NCBI GenBank assembly: GCA_043747615.1
Contig: JAYTOU010000052.1
Span: 1-64,000 of the forward strand
From: Myxococcales bacterium
Lineage (GTDB): Bacteria; Myxococcota_A; Polyangia; Polyangiales; Polyangiaceae
Direction: 5' to 3'
Length of the DNA: 64,000 nt
Positions within the stretch are counted from its first letter, which is position 1, and each line of letters opens with the position of its first letter. The notes below the pieces were generated by a model, which was not told the origin of the DNA, did no database searches, and was given only the letters and a program-made list of their open reading frames with translations. Shown piece by piece: positions 47,263-57,551 of the stretch. The position numbers were made by a program, and so were the translations under genes.

Positions 47263-48858
47263 ATGCCCCAGGCCACCTCCAAACAGCTCATTGGCGCACT
47301 GATCGTCTTCGTCGCGTCCGCGCTCGGCGCGATCTACATGAAGGACGCGATGGCACCGATCCTCGGGATCGGAATCGTTGGAGCCGTTGCTGTCATCATG
47401 GTTGGGGGAGGAAGCTCCTTCGAGGGGCTGGCCGAGGCGGTGCGGCGCTCGACGAAGGGCGACAGGCCTCGGCCACCCGCGAACGCAAACAGCGAGCTCC
47501 TTCGTTTCTTCGACGAGCTCGGAACCCTCGCCGATCAGCGAAAATCGGAGCGCGCATCGCTCGCGGTTCGCGAAACAGACGTCGCCGAGGCGGAGCGAGC
47601 GCTCGAAGAAATCACGAAGAAGCTCTCCGATGGCGTGGCCACCCAGCTCGCCGCTGCGGAAGAGACGTCGCGGCAGATCAAAGAAATGGCAAGAGCCGTT
47701 CGCGACATCGCTCTGCACGTGGAGACCCTCACTTCAAGCGCCGAAGAATCGAGCTCCTCGATCCTGGAGATGACGGCGACGAACGACGAAGTGGCCGAAA
47801 ACGTCGGCGAGCTGGCGGGCAGCGTGCGCGAGACAGTGAGCTCGATCGAGGAGATGGCGTACTCGATCAAAGAGGTGGCGAAGAACGTCGATGCTCTGTC
47901 GCTCACCGCCGAAGAGACGAGCTCGTCGATGAACCAGATGGACGTGTCCATCGATCAGGTGCAGTCGAACGCCAACGAGACGGCGCGCTTGTCCGAAGAA
48001 GTGGCCCTCGATGCCGAGAAGGGCGCCGAAGCTATTTTGAAAACGATCAGCGAGATCTACCGCATCAAGGAGAGCTCTCAAGAAGCGGTCGCGGTCATAT
48101 CCAATCTAGGATCGCGCATCGAAGCCATCGGGCAGATCGTCAACGTGATCGACGACGTCGCAGAGCAGACGAACCTCCTCGCCCTGAACGCCGCGATCAT
48201 CGCCGCCCAGGCGGGTGAGCAAGGAAAAGGCTTTGCCGTCGTTGCCGACGAGATCAAAGATCTCGCAGAGCGCGCAGGGGCCAGCACGCGGGAGATTACC
48301 GATCTCATCAAGACCGTGCAGGCGGAGTCGAAGAACGCCATCAACGCCGTCGAACGCGGCGCGCACAACGTCGATCGCGGCGTAGAGGTCTCCAACGAGG
48401 CCGAGCGCGCACTCAAGAAGATCCTCGAGAGCAGCCAAAAATCGACGAACATGGTGCGCGCCATTGCCCGCGCGACGGTGGAGCAAGCGAAAGGCTCGAA
48501 GCAGGTCACCGACGCCATCGGGCGCATCGCCGAGACCGTGCAGCAGATCGCCGCCGCGACTGCCGAGCAAGCACGCGGCTCCGAGCTCATCATGAAGAGC
48601 GCCGAGAAAATGCGCATCATCACGCAGCACGTGGAGCGCAGCTCTCAGGAGCAAGCCAAGGGCGGACGGCAAATCACCGGCACCATCGAGAATATCTCGA
48701 ACATGGTGACCCAGCTCAACGTCAGTCACAGCGCTCAATCCAAGGGAAGCGAGCAGGTGCTGAGCGCCTCGATGCGCATCGAAGAGACGGCGCGGACCCA
48801 AGACTCGTCGCTCCGCCAGCTGACGGCGGCGCTCGATCGCCTCCGCCGTCTGCTTTGA
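47263..48858 (+). CDS. Methyl-accepting chemotaxis protein with two TMs and no periplasmic sensor domain
   Basis: '[36 protein letters not shown]'; several EE/EQ methylation heptads; TMs joined by about 6 residues. Confidence 0.93.
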   Translation: MPQATSKQLIGALIVFVASALGAIYMKDAMAPILGIGIVGAVAVIMVGGGSSFEGLAEAVRRSTKGDRPRPPANANSELLRFFDELGTLADQRKSERASLAVRETDVAEAERALEEITKKLSDGVATQLAAAEETSRQIKEMARAVRDIALHVETLTSSAEESSSSILEMTATNDEVAENVGELAGSVRETVSSIEEMAYSIKEVAKNVDALSLTAEETSSSMNQMDVSIDQVQSNANETARLSEEVALDAEKGAEAILKTISEIYRIKESSQEAVAVISNLGSRIEAIGQIVNVIDDVAEQTNLLALNAAIIAAQAGEQGKGFAVVADEIKDLAERAGASTREITDLIKTVQAESKNAINAVERGAHNVDRGVEVSNEAERALKKILESSQKSTNMVRAIARATVEQAKGSKQVTDAIGRIAETVQQIAAATAEQARGSELIMKSAEKMRIITQHVERSSQEQAKGGRQITGTIENISNMVTQLNVSHSAQSKGSEQVLSASMRIEETARTQDSSLRQLTAALDRLRRLL

Positions 48859-48863
48859 TTTAG

Positions 48864-48885
48864 GCGGGTGCCCTGAGGGCGCCGC
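48864..48885. terminator. GC hairpin between the convergent MCP and glmS genes
   Basis: GGTGCCC-TGA-GGGCGCC core. Confidence 0.35.
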
Positions 48886-48890
48886 GCGTG

Positions 48891-50777
48891 TCACTCGACG
48901 GTGACGGTCTTGGCGAGGTTTCGAGGCTGATCGACGTCGGTGCCTTTGAAATCGGCGATGAAGTACGACAGAAGCTGGAGCGGGATCACCGTGAGGAGCG
49001 GCAAGATCTCCGGCGCGGCCTCGGGAATGTAGATGACGTCGGGATCCATCGACGGAAGCATGAGGGTCCGCGAACCTATCTGCGACAGGCGCGGCGTGAT
49101 GAGCCTCGCCACTTCGTCGTCTCCCTTGGTGCAGACGGCGATGACTTGCCCTTCGCGCGCCCTCACCTCTTGCATGTTGGAGACGGTCTTCTCGTAGTGG
49201 ACGTCCTTCGGGCAGAGCACGACCACAGGCATTTCTTCGTCGATGAGCGCGATGGGTCCGTGCTTCATTTCCCCCGCGGCGTAGCCCTCGGCGTGGATGT
49301 AAGAAATCTCTTTCAGCTTGAGAGCGCCTTCGAGTGCGATGGGAAAACCGGTTCCGCGTCCGAGAAAAAGCATGTCTCGTGCGCGCGAGTGCTTCTTGGC
49401 GATGGCTTTGATCGTCTCGGCTTCGAGGAGCACGTCGCGCATCAACATCGGAGCGCGGGTCAGCGCGTGGAGGACGCGGCGTGACTCGGTCGCACTGAGC
49501 GTGCCCCGGCAACGACCGAGGTGGACGGCGAGCATGAGGAGCACCGCAAGCTGCGTGGTGAAGCACTTGGTGGACGCGACGCCGATCTCGGGACCGGCGT
49601 GGGTGTAGAGCGCCCCGTCGCTCGCCCGCGGAATCGCGCTGTCGACGACGTTGGCGACGGCCAGGATGTGGGCGCCCTTCGCTCGCGCGGCTTTCACGGC
49701 AGCGAGGGTGTCGGCCGTTTCGCCGCTCTGACTGACGGCAACGACGAGATCGGTCGAAGAGAAGACGGGCTCGCGGTACCTGACCTCGCTCCCGATCTCG
49801 ACGGTGGAAGGAAGCTGCGCCAGCGCCTCGACCCAATATCTTCCAGCCATGGCGGCGTGAGAGCTGGTGCCGCAGGCGATGAAGTAGACCCGCGTGATTT
49901 TCTTGGCGAGCTCCACCGAGACGCCGATTTCTTCGGCGATTATCTCGCCCGCGTCGACGTCGATGCGGCCGCGAAGAGTGTCCTCGATCGCGCGGGGTTG
50001 TTCGTAGATTTCCTTGAGCATGAAGTGCTTGTAGCCCCCCTTTTCGGCTTGCGAGGGAGACCAGTCGATGCGCTTCGAGGCTCGATTTACCGAGGTTCCA
50101 TCGAGCTTGGTGATGGTGATGCTGTCCTTCCTCAGAACGGCGATCTCGCCATCCTCGAGAAAAATCACGTCTCGCGTGTGGGGCAAGAGCGCAGGAACGT
50201 CGCTCGCGGCCAGCATCTCGCCGTCGCCGACTCCGAGAACGAGAGGCGAGCAATCTTTCGCAACCACCACCGCGTCCGGCACGTCTCCGCTCGTGACCGC
50301 GATGGCATACGCTCCGCTCACTCGCTTGAGCGCCACGCGCACGGCTTCTTCGAGCTTGGGCGTACCGCTCCTCAGCGCCTCGTCGATCAGGTGGGCGACG
50401 ATCTCCGTGTCGGTCGCGCTCGAAAACTTGACGCCTTTGCCTTCGAGCTCGCGGCGGAGGGCCACATGGTTTTCGATGATGCCGTTGTGAACCACGGCCA
50501 CTTTGCCCGCGACGTGAGGGTGCGCGTTCGCTTCACTCGGGCGGCCGTGGGTTGCCCAGCGGGTGTGTCCGATGCCCGTCGTTCCGGCGAGCGGATTTTT
50601 TCTCAACGCGGCGTCGAGGTTCGCGAGCTTCCCGACGGCGCGCACGATCTCCACGCCCCGGCCGGTGTGCACCGCGAGCCCTGCCGAGTCGTATCCTCGG
50701 TATTCGAGCTTGCGCAAACCTTCGACGAGAATGTGCGCGCAATCTTTCGCGCCGACGTAAGCAACGATTCCACACAT
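48891..50777 (-). CDS. glmS: Glucosamine-fructose-6-phosphate aminotransferase
   Basis: 'MCGIV', 'LEYRGYDSAG', 'GHTRWATHG', 'SQSGET' and 'PRNLAKTVTVE'. Confidence 0.97.
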   Translation of the reverse strand: MCGIVAYVGAKDCAHILVEGLRKLEYRGYDSAGLAVHTGRGVEIVRAVGKLANLDAALRKNPLAGTTGIGHTRWATHGRPSEANAHPHVAGKVAVVHNGIIENHVALRRELEGKGVKFSSATDTEIVAHLIDEALRSGTPKLEEAVRVALKRVSGAYAIAVTSGDVPDAVVVAKDCSPLVLGVGDGEMLAASDVPALLPHTRDVIFLEDGEIAVLRKDSITITKLDGTSVNRASKRIDWSPSQAEKGGYKHFMLKEIYEQPRAIEDTLRGRIDVDAGEIIAEEIGVSVELAKKITRVYFIACGTSSHAAMAGRYWVEALAQLPSTVEIGSEVRYREPVFSSTDLVVAVSQSGETADTLAAVKAARAKGAHILAVANVVDSAIPRASDGALYTHAGPEIGVASTKCFTTQLAVLLMLAVHLGRCRGTLSATESRRVLHALTRAPMLMRDVLLEAETIKAIAKKHSRARDMLFLGRGTGFPIALEGALKLKEISYIHAEGYAAGEMKHGPIALIDEEMPVVVLCPKDVHYEKTVSNMQEVRAREGQVIAVCTKGDDEVARLITPRLSQIGSRTLMLPSMDPDVIYIPEAAPEILPLLTVIPLQLLSYFIADFKGTDVDQPRNLAKTVTVE

Positions 50778-50903
50778 GTGCGAAGGCCTCCAAGGGTCCC
50801 GTTCCAACGCGGGGCTCACTGATCTTACTCCCCGCCGCGCGCGCCTCAGCAGTTTCGATGGCGGAGGACCGAGATTCGTCTCGCTTTTTTTGGAACCTTT
50901 AGC

Positions 50904-51764
50904 TTATTTCGCGCACGTGATCGGGGGAAGCTCGCTCGGCGAGGCCCCATCGGCGATCAGCCGGGCATTGGAAAATACCGCTCGAAAGGTGTCGAGTCGG
51001 GCCATGATCGACGGGCTGCGGGTGCGCTCGTCGCTATCCATGGCGCTCAAGCTGACGACGCCAACCACTTCCCGCCCGCCCGCAAGCACCGGACCACCAG
51101 AATCACCCGGGCAAATCGAGGCGTCCATACGGAGCGTCCCTGATTGGGTGAGGGAGACGATGCGACCGCCCGCGCGCGCTTGGCGATGAATGCCATCGGG
51201 GGAGAGCGCACACCGGCCAAATCCGGCGGGACCGAGCGTTTCGCCGACCCGAGGGGGCTCGTCGAGGCGAGCGGTCATCGTGCTCAGGCCGACGAGCTTT
51301 CGCTCGAGAACGAGAACGGCCAAGTCCCCTGCCCCACCCGCTTCGCCGCACATGGGGGCTACGATTTCTCGGACCCGAACGTTTCCCCAAGGAAGGTAGT
51401 CGCCGCCCAGCTCGACGCGGACATCGGAGCCCTTGAGAAGCCCTTTGGTAAACTCCCCGTTCGCGCGCCGCTCCACGACGCAGTGATGCGCGGTGAGAAC
51501 GAGATCGTCTTCGACCAGCGTTCCCGAGCACGTCATCTGCGGGCCGACCACGCGCACGATCGCATCTTCGGCAACGGCGATCGCGATGGGGGGCGAAAAA
51601 AAACGGGACGGAGCGATGTCTTCCGTTTCGCCGTTAGCTGCGGGTCGGACGTTCGGCATGTGGGCCGCTCGAACACAGCCAAGCTGCGCTCCAAGCACCG
51701 CCGGAGTCAACACGAACGCGACGGACGCGACGGACGCGACGGTCGGGAAACTCGACCTGCTCAT
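50904..51764 (-). CDS. S1 (trypsin-like) serine protease, probably a lipoprotein
   Basis: 'CSGTLV...VLTAHHC', 'DLAVL.L' and 'C.GDSGGP'. Confidence 0.88.
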   Translation of the reverse strand: MSRSSFPTVASVASVAFVLTPAVLGAQLGCVRAAHMPNVRPAANGETEDIAPSRFFSPPIAIAVAEDAIVRVVGPQMTCSGTLVEDDLVLTAHHCVVERRANGEFTKGLLKGSDVRVELGGDYLPWGNVRVREIVAPMCGEAGGAGDLAVLVLERKLVGLSTMTARLDEPPRVGETLGPAGFGRCALSPDGIHRQARAGGRIVSLTQSGTLRMDASICPGDSGGPVLAGGREVVGVVSLSAMDSDERTRSPSIMARLDTFRAVFSNARLIADGASPSELPPITCAK

Positions 51765-51786
51765 CGCATCGCCTCAGGGCATTGCT

Positions 51787-52338
51787 TCATCGCATTGCAG
51801 TGGGAGCGGCGAGTCGGGCCTCACGGGTCGCGTTGTGGTACGCGATGGCGCTCGCTTCGGGGTGCGCCTGGGCATCGTCCACGCCGAGATCGACCAGCTC
51901 ACGCAAGATATCTGCGCGGCGGGTGGCGGACGCAAGCAGCCAGGTGTCGCACGGGGACTCGTCTTCCGCCGTCGGGGCGCAGCGCGCGAGGACCCGGCGC
52001 TCGGCCGCGAGGGCATCGACGGATCGACCTTCGTCGAGGAGCGCGCGTGCATAGACGTGCTCGATGAGCGGGCTGGCTTTCACTGCGAGGGGCGCCGACT
52101 CGACGACGCCGACCGCGAGCCCTGGGGCGTGCACATCGAGGTAGGCCTGCGCGAGATCGCGACGACGGACGGCGTCGCCCGGGGCCATGGCCACCTGGAC
52201 TTCGAGCGCGCGCACCGCATCGCTGTGCGACTCGGCCAGAACGGCCTTTTCGCGCTGGGTCCCGCTCGCGAGCCACAACGCCCCCACCGCCACGAGCAAC
52301 GCCGCATTCCCCGCCTGACACCACGTCCGCAACGCCAT
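51787..52338 (-). CDS. Hypothetical membrane-anchored TPR-like protein
   Basis: N-terminal TM; 'P.D...RRDLAQAYLD' and 'YARALL.EGR..DAL'; upstream of the S1 protease. Confidence 0.7.
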   Translation of the reverse strand: MALRTWCQAGNAALLVAVGALWLASGTQREKAVLAESHSDAVRALEVQVAMAPGDAVRRRDLAQAYLDVHAPGLAVGVVESAPLAVKASPLIEHVYARALLDEGRSVDALAAERRVLARCAPTAEDESPCDTWLLASATRRADILRELVDLGVDDAQAHPEASAIAYHNATREARLAAPTAMR

Positions 52339-52442
52339 GTGCTCTCCCTCAGTGACCAGATGTCAGACGTACGAGGCGCGAAAAAGATGCGCGGACGCGA
52401 GCGGCGGCGCTGCGCGAAGACCTAAGGTGACACGCTTTTCTG

Positions 52443-52470
52443 CAGACATCACGGCCAGGAAGAAAGTTCC
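52443..52470 (-). promoter_or_regulatory. ECF (RpoE/AlgU-like) promoter candidate
   Basis: Minus strand GGAACTT-N16-GTCTG. Confidence 0.45.
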
Positions 52471-52493
52471 GAAATAGTTGATTCGTATTCGAA

Positions 52494-52529
52494 GCCCAAG
52501 AGACACGGCGCCTCCCCGCGTCCTTGGGC
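52494..52529 (-). terminator. Hairpin downstream of the dehydrogenase gene
   Basis: Minus strand GCCCAAG-GAC-G-CGG...CCG-T-GTC-T-CTTGGGC. Confidence 0.55.
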
Positions 52530-52575
52530 GTCACGCACACGGATGGTGCTCTAATGTAGGCAATCTTTTGCCCAC

Positions 52576-53652
52576 TCAGAAAGCGTGGGCCAGCTCGTTG
52601 AGAATCCAGTCGCCCACGGCGCGCGTTCCCAGCTCGCCTCCGACGTCGCGGGTGCAACGCTTCTCCTCGACGGCGCGCGCCACCAGGGCCTCGAGGCGCG
52701 GCTCCTCCGCAGGATGGCCAAGATGGGCAAGCAGCATTCCCACGGTGAGGACACTGGCCAGGGGGTTCGCCAGGTCTTTTCCAGCGAGCGGCGGCGCCGA
52801 GCCGTGCACCGGTTCGAAGAGCCCCACTCGGCGAGGATCCGAGGCGTGCACGTTGGCGCTCGCCGCCATGCCGAGACCGCCCTGAAGCGCAGCTCCGAGG
52901 TCGGTCACGATGTCGCCGAAGAGATTGCACGTGACGACCACTTCGAAGGGCGACGGATCTTGAATGAGGTAAAAGCACAGCGCGTCGACGTACACGTGCT
53001 TGGCTTCGATGCCCGGGTAGGACGCGGCGACCTCGAAGAACACGCGGTACCAAAGCTCGTGCGCGTGCTTCATGGCGTTGGACTTGTCGGCCATGTGCAC
53101 GGTTTTCTTGCCGTGGAGCTTGGCGTGCTCGAAGCCTGCGCGAATGAGGCGCTCGACACCTTTGCGGGTGTTCAGATCTTCGTTGATGGCGATCTCGTCG
53201 GGAGTTCCACGTTTGAACTGCCCCCCCATTCCTACATAGATCCCTTCGGTGTTCTCACGGAAGACCGTGAAGTTCACGTCCGTGGCGCGCCGGCCCTTGA
53301 GGGGCACCAGGCGATCGGAGAGGGCCTTGACGGGGCGAATGTTGGCGTAGAGATCCAGGCCAAAGCGTAGGCCAAAAAGAATGTCGCGGGCGTGCTCGAG
53401 GCCGGGCAAGCGCGGGTCACCGAGCGCTCCCAGAAGTACGGCACGCGCTTCGGACGCGACGCGATCGGCGACTTCTTTCGGGTAGGTTGTGCCGTCTTTC
53501 AAATAGCGATCTGCGCCCAGATCCAATTCCCACAGATCGAGATTCAATCCTCGTTTATCGCGGTAGAACTCGAGAAGCCGCCGCGCTTGGGCGATGACCT
53601 CCGGCCCAATGCCGTCCCCCGGCAGAATCGCGACGAGATCAGACGATGCCAT
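52576..53652 (-). CDS. Isocitrate/isopropylmalate dehydrogenase family protein (LeuB-like)
   Basis: 'PGDGIGPEV', 'RENTEG.Y', 'DKSN', 'NLFGDIVTDL' and 'FEPVHGSAP'. Confidence 0.9.
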   Translation of the reverse strand: MASSDLVAILPGDGIGPEVIAQARRLLEFYRDKRGLNLDLWELDLGADRYLKDGTTYPKEVADRVASEARAVLLGALGDPRLPGLEHARDILFGLRFGLDLYANIRPVKALSDRLVPLKGRRATDVNFTVFRENTEGIYVGMGGQFKRGTPDEIAINEDLNTRKGVERLIRAGFEHAKLHGKKTVHMADKSNAMKHAHELWYRVFFEVAASYPGIEAKHVYVDALCFYLIQDPSPFEVVVTCNLFGDIVTDLGAALQGGLGMAASANVHASDPRRVGLFEPVHGSAPPLAGKDLANPLASVLTVGMLLAHLGHPAEEPRLEALVARAVEEKRCTRDVGGELGTRAVGDWILNELAHAF

Positions 53653-54403
53653 GGCGCGACGCTAGCATGGCCCGAGCGACCTCGACGACCCCCGCAACAC
53701 GAGCAACGTCGACGAAGCGCCCGGTGTAGTGGCCGTGCGGATCGATCAGCGCCGTTCGTACCCCGGCGGCACGTGCGCCGAGGACGTCGGTCGCGTAAGT
53801 GTCGCCGAGATGAAGGGCGTGCTCGGCGCGGACTCCGAGTTTGTCGAGCGCGACATGGAAGATGCGTGCATCGGGTTTTTCCACTCCAAAAAGGCCGCTG
53901 TCGACGACCAAATCGAAGTGGGAAAGAATCTCGAGCTGCTCGAAGATGCGAGCGAGCATGCCTTCGGAGTTGCTGATGATCGCCACCTTCACGCCCGCCG
54001 CGCGCACGCGATCGAGCGCCTCTCCGAGACCCGTGGGGACGAGCGAATAGAGATTCCAGCGAACGTGATCCTCCCAAAGTTTCTCGAGGAGCGCGGCGAG
54101 GCGATCGCGAGGCACACCGGCCCGATGGAGCGCGGTGCCGATAACCTGACCCCACCCCCGTGCGCCAGGACGCGCGCGGCTCGCCCATTCCACCTCGATG
54201 GGGCTCTCACCGTTTCTTTCGAGGAGCGTCTTCGCTTCACCCTCGGTGCGGATCAAGGTCTCCGCATTTACCGAGAAACCGAGGGCATTCGCGAAACGCG
54301 CCATGCGGGCGTGATCCAGGAAAATCACGGTGTTGCCCGCATCGAGCATCAGGAGATCGACACCCTTCACGAGTGCGGCGAGCCCCCCGGAAGAATCAGG
54401 CAA
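53639..54403 (-). CDS. HAD-IA family hydrolase
   Basis: 'LDAGNTV', 'ISNS', 'EKPD.RIF' and 'GDT...DV.GA'. Confidence 0.87.
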   Translation of the reverse strand: MPDSSGGLAALVKGVDLLMLDAGNTVIFLDHARMARFANALGFSVNAETLIRTEGEAKTLLERNGESPIEVEWASRARPGARGWGQVIGTALHRAGVPRDRLAALLEKLWEDHVRWNLYSLVPTGLGEALDRVRAAGVKVAIISNSEGMLARIFEQLEILSHFDLVVDSGLFGVEKPDARIFHVALDKLGVRAEHALHLGDTYATDVLGARAAGVRTALIDPHGHYTGRFVDVARVAGVVEVARAMLASRHGIV

Positions 54404-55508
54404 GCAGCTTCGAGGCTTTCACGAACTCCATCTTGTGCGCCTGGGCAACGGGCTCGCACGTGACGTGTCCCTTGTAGACGTTGATGCCGCGCTCGAGCGC
54501 TTTGTCTGCGCGGGCCGCAGCGACGATCCCAGCGTCGGCGATCTTCACGGCGTAGCCGCTCGTCGTGTTGGTGAGCGCCCAGGTGCTCGTCTGGGAGACG
54601 GCCCCCGGCATATTGGGAACGCAGTAGTGGACGACGCCGTGCACTTCGTACGTCGGCTGATCGTGGTTCGTCGGCCGGCAGGTGGCGATGCATCCGCCCT
54701 GATCCACCGCCACGTCGACGACGACGGAGCCCTTGCCCATGCGGCCAATGAGATCTTCGCTGACCAGCTTCGGAGCGACGGCACCGGTCACGAGAACGGC
54801 GCCGATCACCAAGTCGGCGCGCTGCACGGCCTCTTCGATGTTCGTGGGGTTCGAATAGAGGGTCTCGATGGCGCCGCCGAAGACGTCCTCGAGGTAGGCC
54901 ATCGTCTCGGCGCGGACGTCGATGATGGTGACCTGTGCGCCCATGCCGATGGCGATCGTCGCGGCGTTTCTTCCGACCACGCCGCCGCCGAGGATGACCA
55001 CCCGACCGCGACGCGTGCCGGGAACGCCGCCGAGGAGCACGCCTTTTCCGCCGCGCTCTTTCTCGAGGCAGGTTGCGCCGACTTGCACGGCCATTCGCCC
55101 GGCGACCTCACTCATCGGTCGGAGGAGCGGGAGGGAATGATCCTCGAGCTCGATCGTCTCGTAGGCCACGGCGCTCACCTTGGAGGCCGCGAGGGCTTTC
55201 GTCAGCTCGAGCTCGGCCGCGAGATGAAGATACGTGTAAAGTACAAGCCCTTCGCGAAAAAAGCCGTACTCCGCTGCGAGCGGCTCCTTCACCTTGACCA
55301 CCATCTCCGCACCCCACGCGTCGCTCGCGCCGGCAACGATGGTCGCCCCTTGCGCGATGTACTCCGCGTCTTCGATTCCGCTCCCGACGCCTGCACCGCG
55401 TTCGATGAGCACTTTGTGGCCGCGTGTGGTGAGGAGGCGGACTCCTGCGGGGGTCATGCCGACTCGGTACTCGCGGGTTTTGATTTCTTTGGGGACGCCG
55501 ATGATCAC
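54396..55508 (-). CDS. ald: Alanine dehydrogenase
   Basis: '[12 protein letters not shown]', 'VKVKEP', 'YLHLAA', 'PMSEVAGR', 'DVAVDQGGC' and 'NMPGAV'; GTG start with AAGGAG. Confidence 0.96.
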   Translation of the reverse strand: MIIGVPKEIKTREYRVGMTPAGVRLLTTRGHKVLIERGAGVGSGIEDAEYIAQGATIVAGASDAWGAEMVVKVKEPLAAEYGFFREGLVLYTYLHLAAELELTKALAASKVSAVAYETIELEDHSLPLLRPMSEVAGRMAVQVGATCLEKERGGKGVLLGGVPGTRRGRVVILGGGVVGRNAATIAIGMGAQVTIIDVRAETMAYLEDVFGGAIETLYSNPTNIEEAVQRADLVIGAVLVTGAVAPKLVSEDLIGRMGKGSVVVDVAVDQGGCIATCRPTNHDQPTYEVHGVVHYCVPNMPGAVSQTSTWALTNTTSGYAVKIADAGIVAAARADKALERGINVYKGHVTCEPVAQAHKMEFVKASKLLA

Positions 55509-55521
55509 GGGCCTACTCCTT

Positions 55522-55544
55522 TTTGGACGTAAATTACGCCCAAA
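55522..55544. promoter_or_regulatory. 23-bp imperfect palindrome abutting the ald ribosome-binding site
   Basis: TTTGG-A-CGTAA-A-TTACG-C-CCAAA. Confidence 0.55.
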
Positions 55545-55644
55545 CGTTAGCGAAGATGGGGCGACTTGGCCAGGCCGCGTGAGACTGTGACGCGGCGCGG
55601 GCTCGCGAACCTCGCCTCGGTCGAGAGTATGGTACCGAGGCGCT

Positions 55645-56745
55645 GTGTATGCGCTTGCCCGGCCCATCTTGTTTTCGCTCCCGCCCGAAACGGCGCACGC
55701 GCTCGGCATGGCTGCGCTCGCGCCGCTGGAGCACGTCGGGCCCCTTCGCTCGCTCACCCGCGCTCTGTTCACATGCGAAGACCCGCGCCTCGTCACCCGC
55801 GTGATGGGGCTCACGTTTCCGAATCCCCTCGGAGTCGCGGGCGGGTTCGACAAGAACGCTCTTCGTCCGCGGGCGCTCGCTGCGCTTGGATTCGGATTTC
55901 TCGAGCTCGGGACGGTCACCGCTTCGGCGCAAGAGGCAAATCCTGCCCCCAACTTGTTTCGCCTGGAGAGGGATCGCGCGATCGTCAATCGCCTGGGGTT
56001 TCCCAACGAAGGTGCGGCGGTCGTCGCGGCGCGGATGGCCCGAAAGAGGGGCTACCTTCACGCGGCCGGGGTGCCGGTTGGACTGTCGATAGGAAAGTCG
56101 CGCAAGGTGCCGGTCGAGCCGATCGAGGGAGCGATCGCCGACTATCTGGACAGCTTTCGCGAGGCGAGGCGGGTCGCTGATTTCGTGGTGGTGAACGTGT
56201 CCTCACCGAACACGAAGGATCTGCGCGCTATGCAGGGCGCCGAGCTCGCCCGCCTTCTCCTCGCCGCGATCACCCGCGAAAATGCGCTCTTGCCGCGGGT
56301 GCCGCTCCTCATCAAGATCGCACCGGATCTTTCGGACGCGCAGCTCGAGGCGCTCCTCACCGTGGTGGAAGAGTGCGGGCTCGACGGCGTCGTAGCGACC
56401 AACACGACGCTCGCGCGCGCGAACCTCTCCACGAGCGCGCAAGACGTGGAAGCGATCGGAGCCGGAGGGCTGAGCGGTCCGCCGCTGAGAGCGAGGGCCC
56501 TCGAAGTGGTCCGCATCGTGCGCGCTCGCCTCGGCCCGAAGGCGGCGGTGATCGGCGTGGGGGGGGTGGAGACGGCGGCGCATCTCCTCGATTTTCTCCG
56601 GGCGGGGGCGGATCTCGTGCAGCTCTACACCGGCTTCATTTACGGCGGCCCGGGTACAGCGCGGGCGATTGTCCGCGATATCTTGGCGCAGATGGAACGC
56701 TCTGGAGCGAGCAGCCTGCGAGAATGGGTCGACGCGCGGCCCTAA
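55645..56745 (+). CDS. pyrD: Dihydroorotate dehydrogenase, class 2 (quinone-dependent)
   Basis: 'PETAH', 'AGGFDKN', 'NRLGFPN', 'NVSSPNT', 'KIAPD', 'TNTT' and 'GGLSG'. Confidence 0.95.
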   Translation: MYALARPILFSLPPETAHALGMAALAPLEHVGPLRSLTRALFTCEDPRLVTRVMGLTFPNPLGVAGGFDKNALRPRALAALGFGFLELGTVTASAQEANPAPNLFRLERDRAIVNRLGFPNEGAAVVAARMARKRGYLHAAGVPVGLSIGKSRKVPVEPIEGAIADYLDSFREARRVADFVVVNVSSPNTKDLRAMQGAELARLLLAAITRENALLPRVPLLIKIAPDLSDAQLEALLTVVEECGLDGVVATNTTLARANLSTSAQDVEAIGAGGLSGPPLRARALEVVRIVRARLGPKAAVIGVGGVETAAHLLDFLRAGADLVQLYTGFIYGGPGTARAIVRDILAQMERSGASSLREWVDARP

Positions 56746-56811
56746 ATCGAGGATGCTTCCGGGCCGTTCCGCTAAGCGACCGCACTCATCACCGCGGTCT
56801 GGAGACCTCTC

Positions 56812-57540
56812 ATGCGCGTCACCGGCCTTTCTCTCGCGTTCCTCGCGACCGTCAACGTTCTCGTCGTGTCGACCCCCGCCCTCGCCGAAGACTCTGCGCC
56901 CGCAGCCACCGAGGCGCCCGCGGCCGCGGCAAAGCCGGAGGGCACGGTGATGCTTCACATAGAGTCCCCGAAGGTCGTCGACCTCGAGCGACGTCAGGGC
57001 GGTATCGGCGCGTGGGAGCACGTCTGCACGTCTCCATGCGACATGAACGTTCCCCTCTTCGACCAGTACCGAATCGCACCGGCGGCTGACGTCTCGGAGT
57101 CCAAGCCGTTCATGATCGACGCCGCAAACAAGGACCGCGTCAGCCTGGCAGTAAACCCAGGCATGAGGACCAAGTCGCGCGTCGGCACCTATATCCTCAT
57201 TGCCGGAGTCGCGACCGTGGTCACGGGGGTGGTCGTCGTCATCGCCGGAACGGCGGGATCCGACAGCATCGGCAGCGACGGAACGACCCACCACGCGTTC
57301 ACCAACGTCGCGTTCGTTGGCTCTGCGCTCGTGCTCGGCGGCCTCGCCGCGACCATGGTCGGCGCGGCATGGCGCATCAACAACCAGCACTCCTACGTCG
57401 GCGGCGACGTCGCCAAGCCCCCGGCGTCGACCAACGAACAGACCGCCTCGCGCGAGGCCGTTTTCGTCAAGCCGCAAGCCGAGCAAATGGCCTCGAGGAC
57501 GCCCGCGTTCGTCTTCCCGGTCTTCACGAAGAATTTCTGA
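56812..57540 (+). CDS. Hypothetical exported/membrane protein
   Basis: Signal peptide (ALA-E), 'C.SPC', two Gly-rich TM segments and a C-terminal Phe. Confidence 0.72.
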   Translation: MRVTGLSLAFLATVNVLVVSTPALAEDSAPAATEAPAAAAKPEGTVMLHIESPKVVDLERRQGGIGAWEHVCTSPCDMNVPLFDQYRIAPAADVSESKPFMIDAANKDRVSLAVNPGMRTKSRVGTYILIAGVATVVTGVVVVIAGTAGSDSIGSDGTTHHAFTNVAFVGSALVLGGLAATMVGAAWRINNQHSYVGGDVAKPPASTNEQTASREAVFVKPQAEQMASRTPAFVFPVFTKNF

Positions 57541-57551
57541 GCCGCGAAGGC

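Noticed and set aside
50778..50903. glmS ribozyme
   Set aside because: The conserved core (AGCGCC...GACGAGG) is not visible upstream of glmS.
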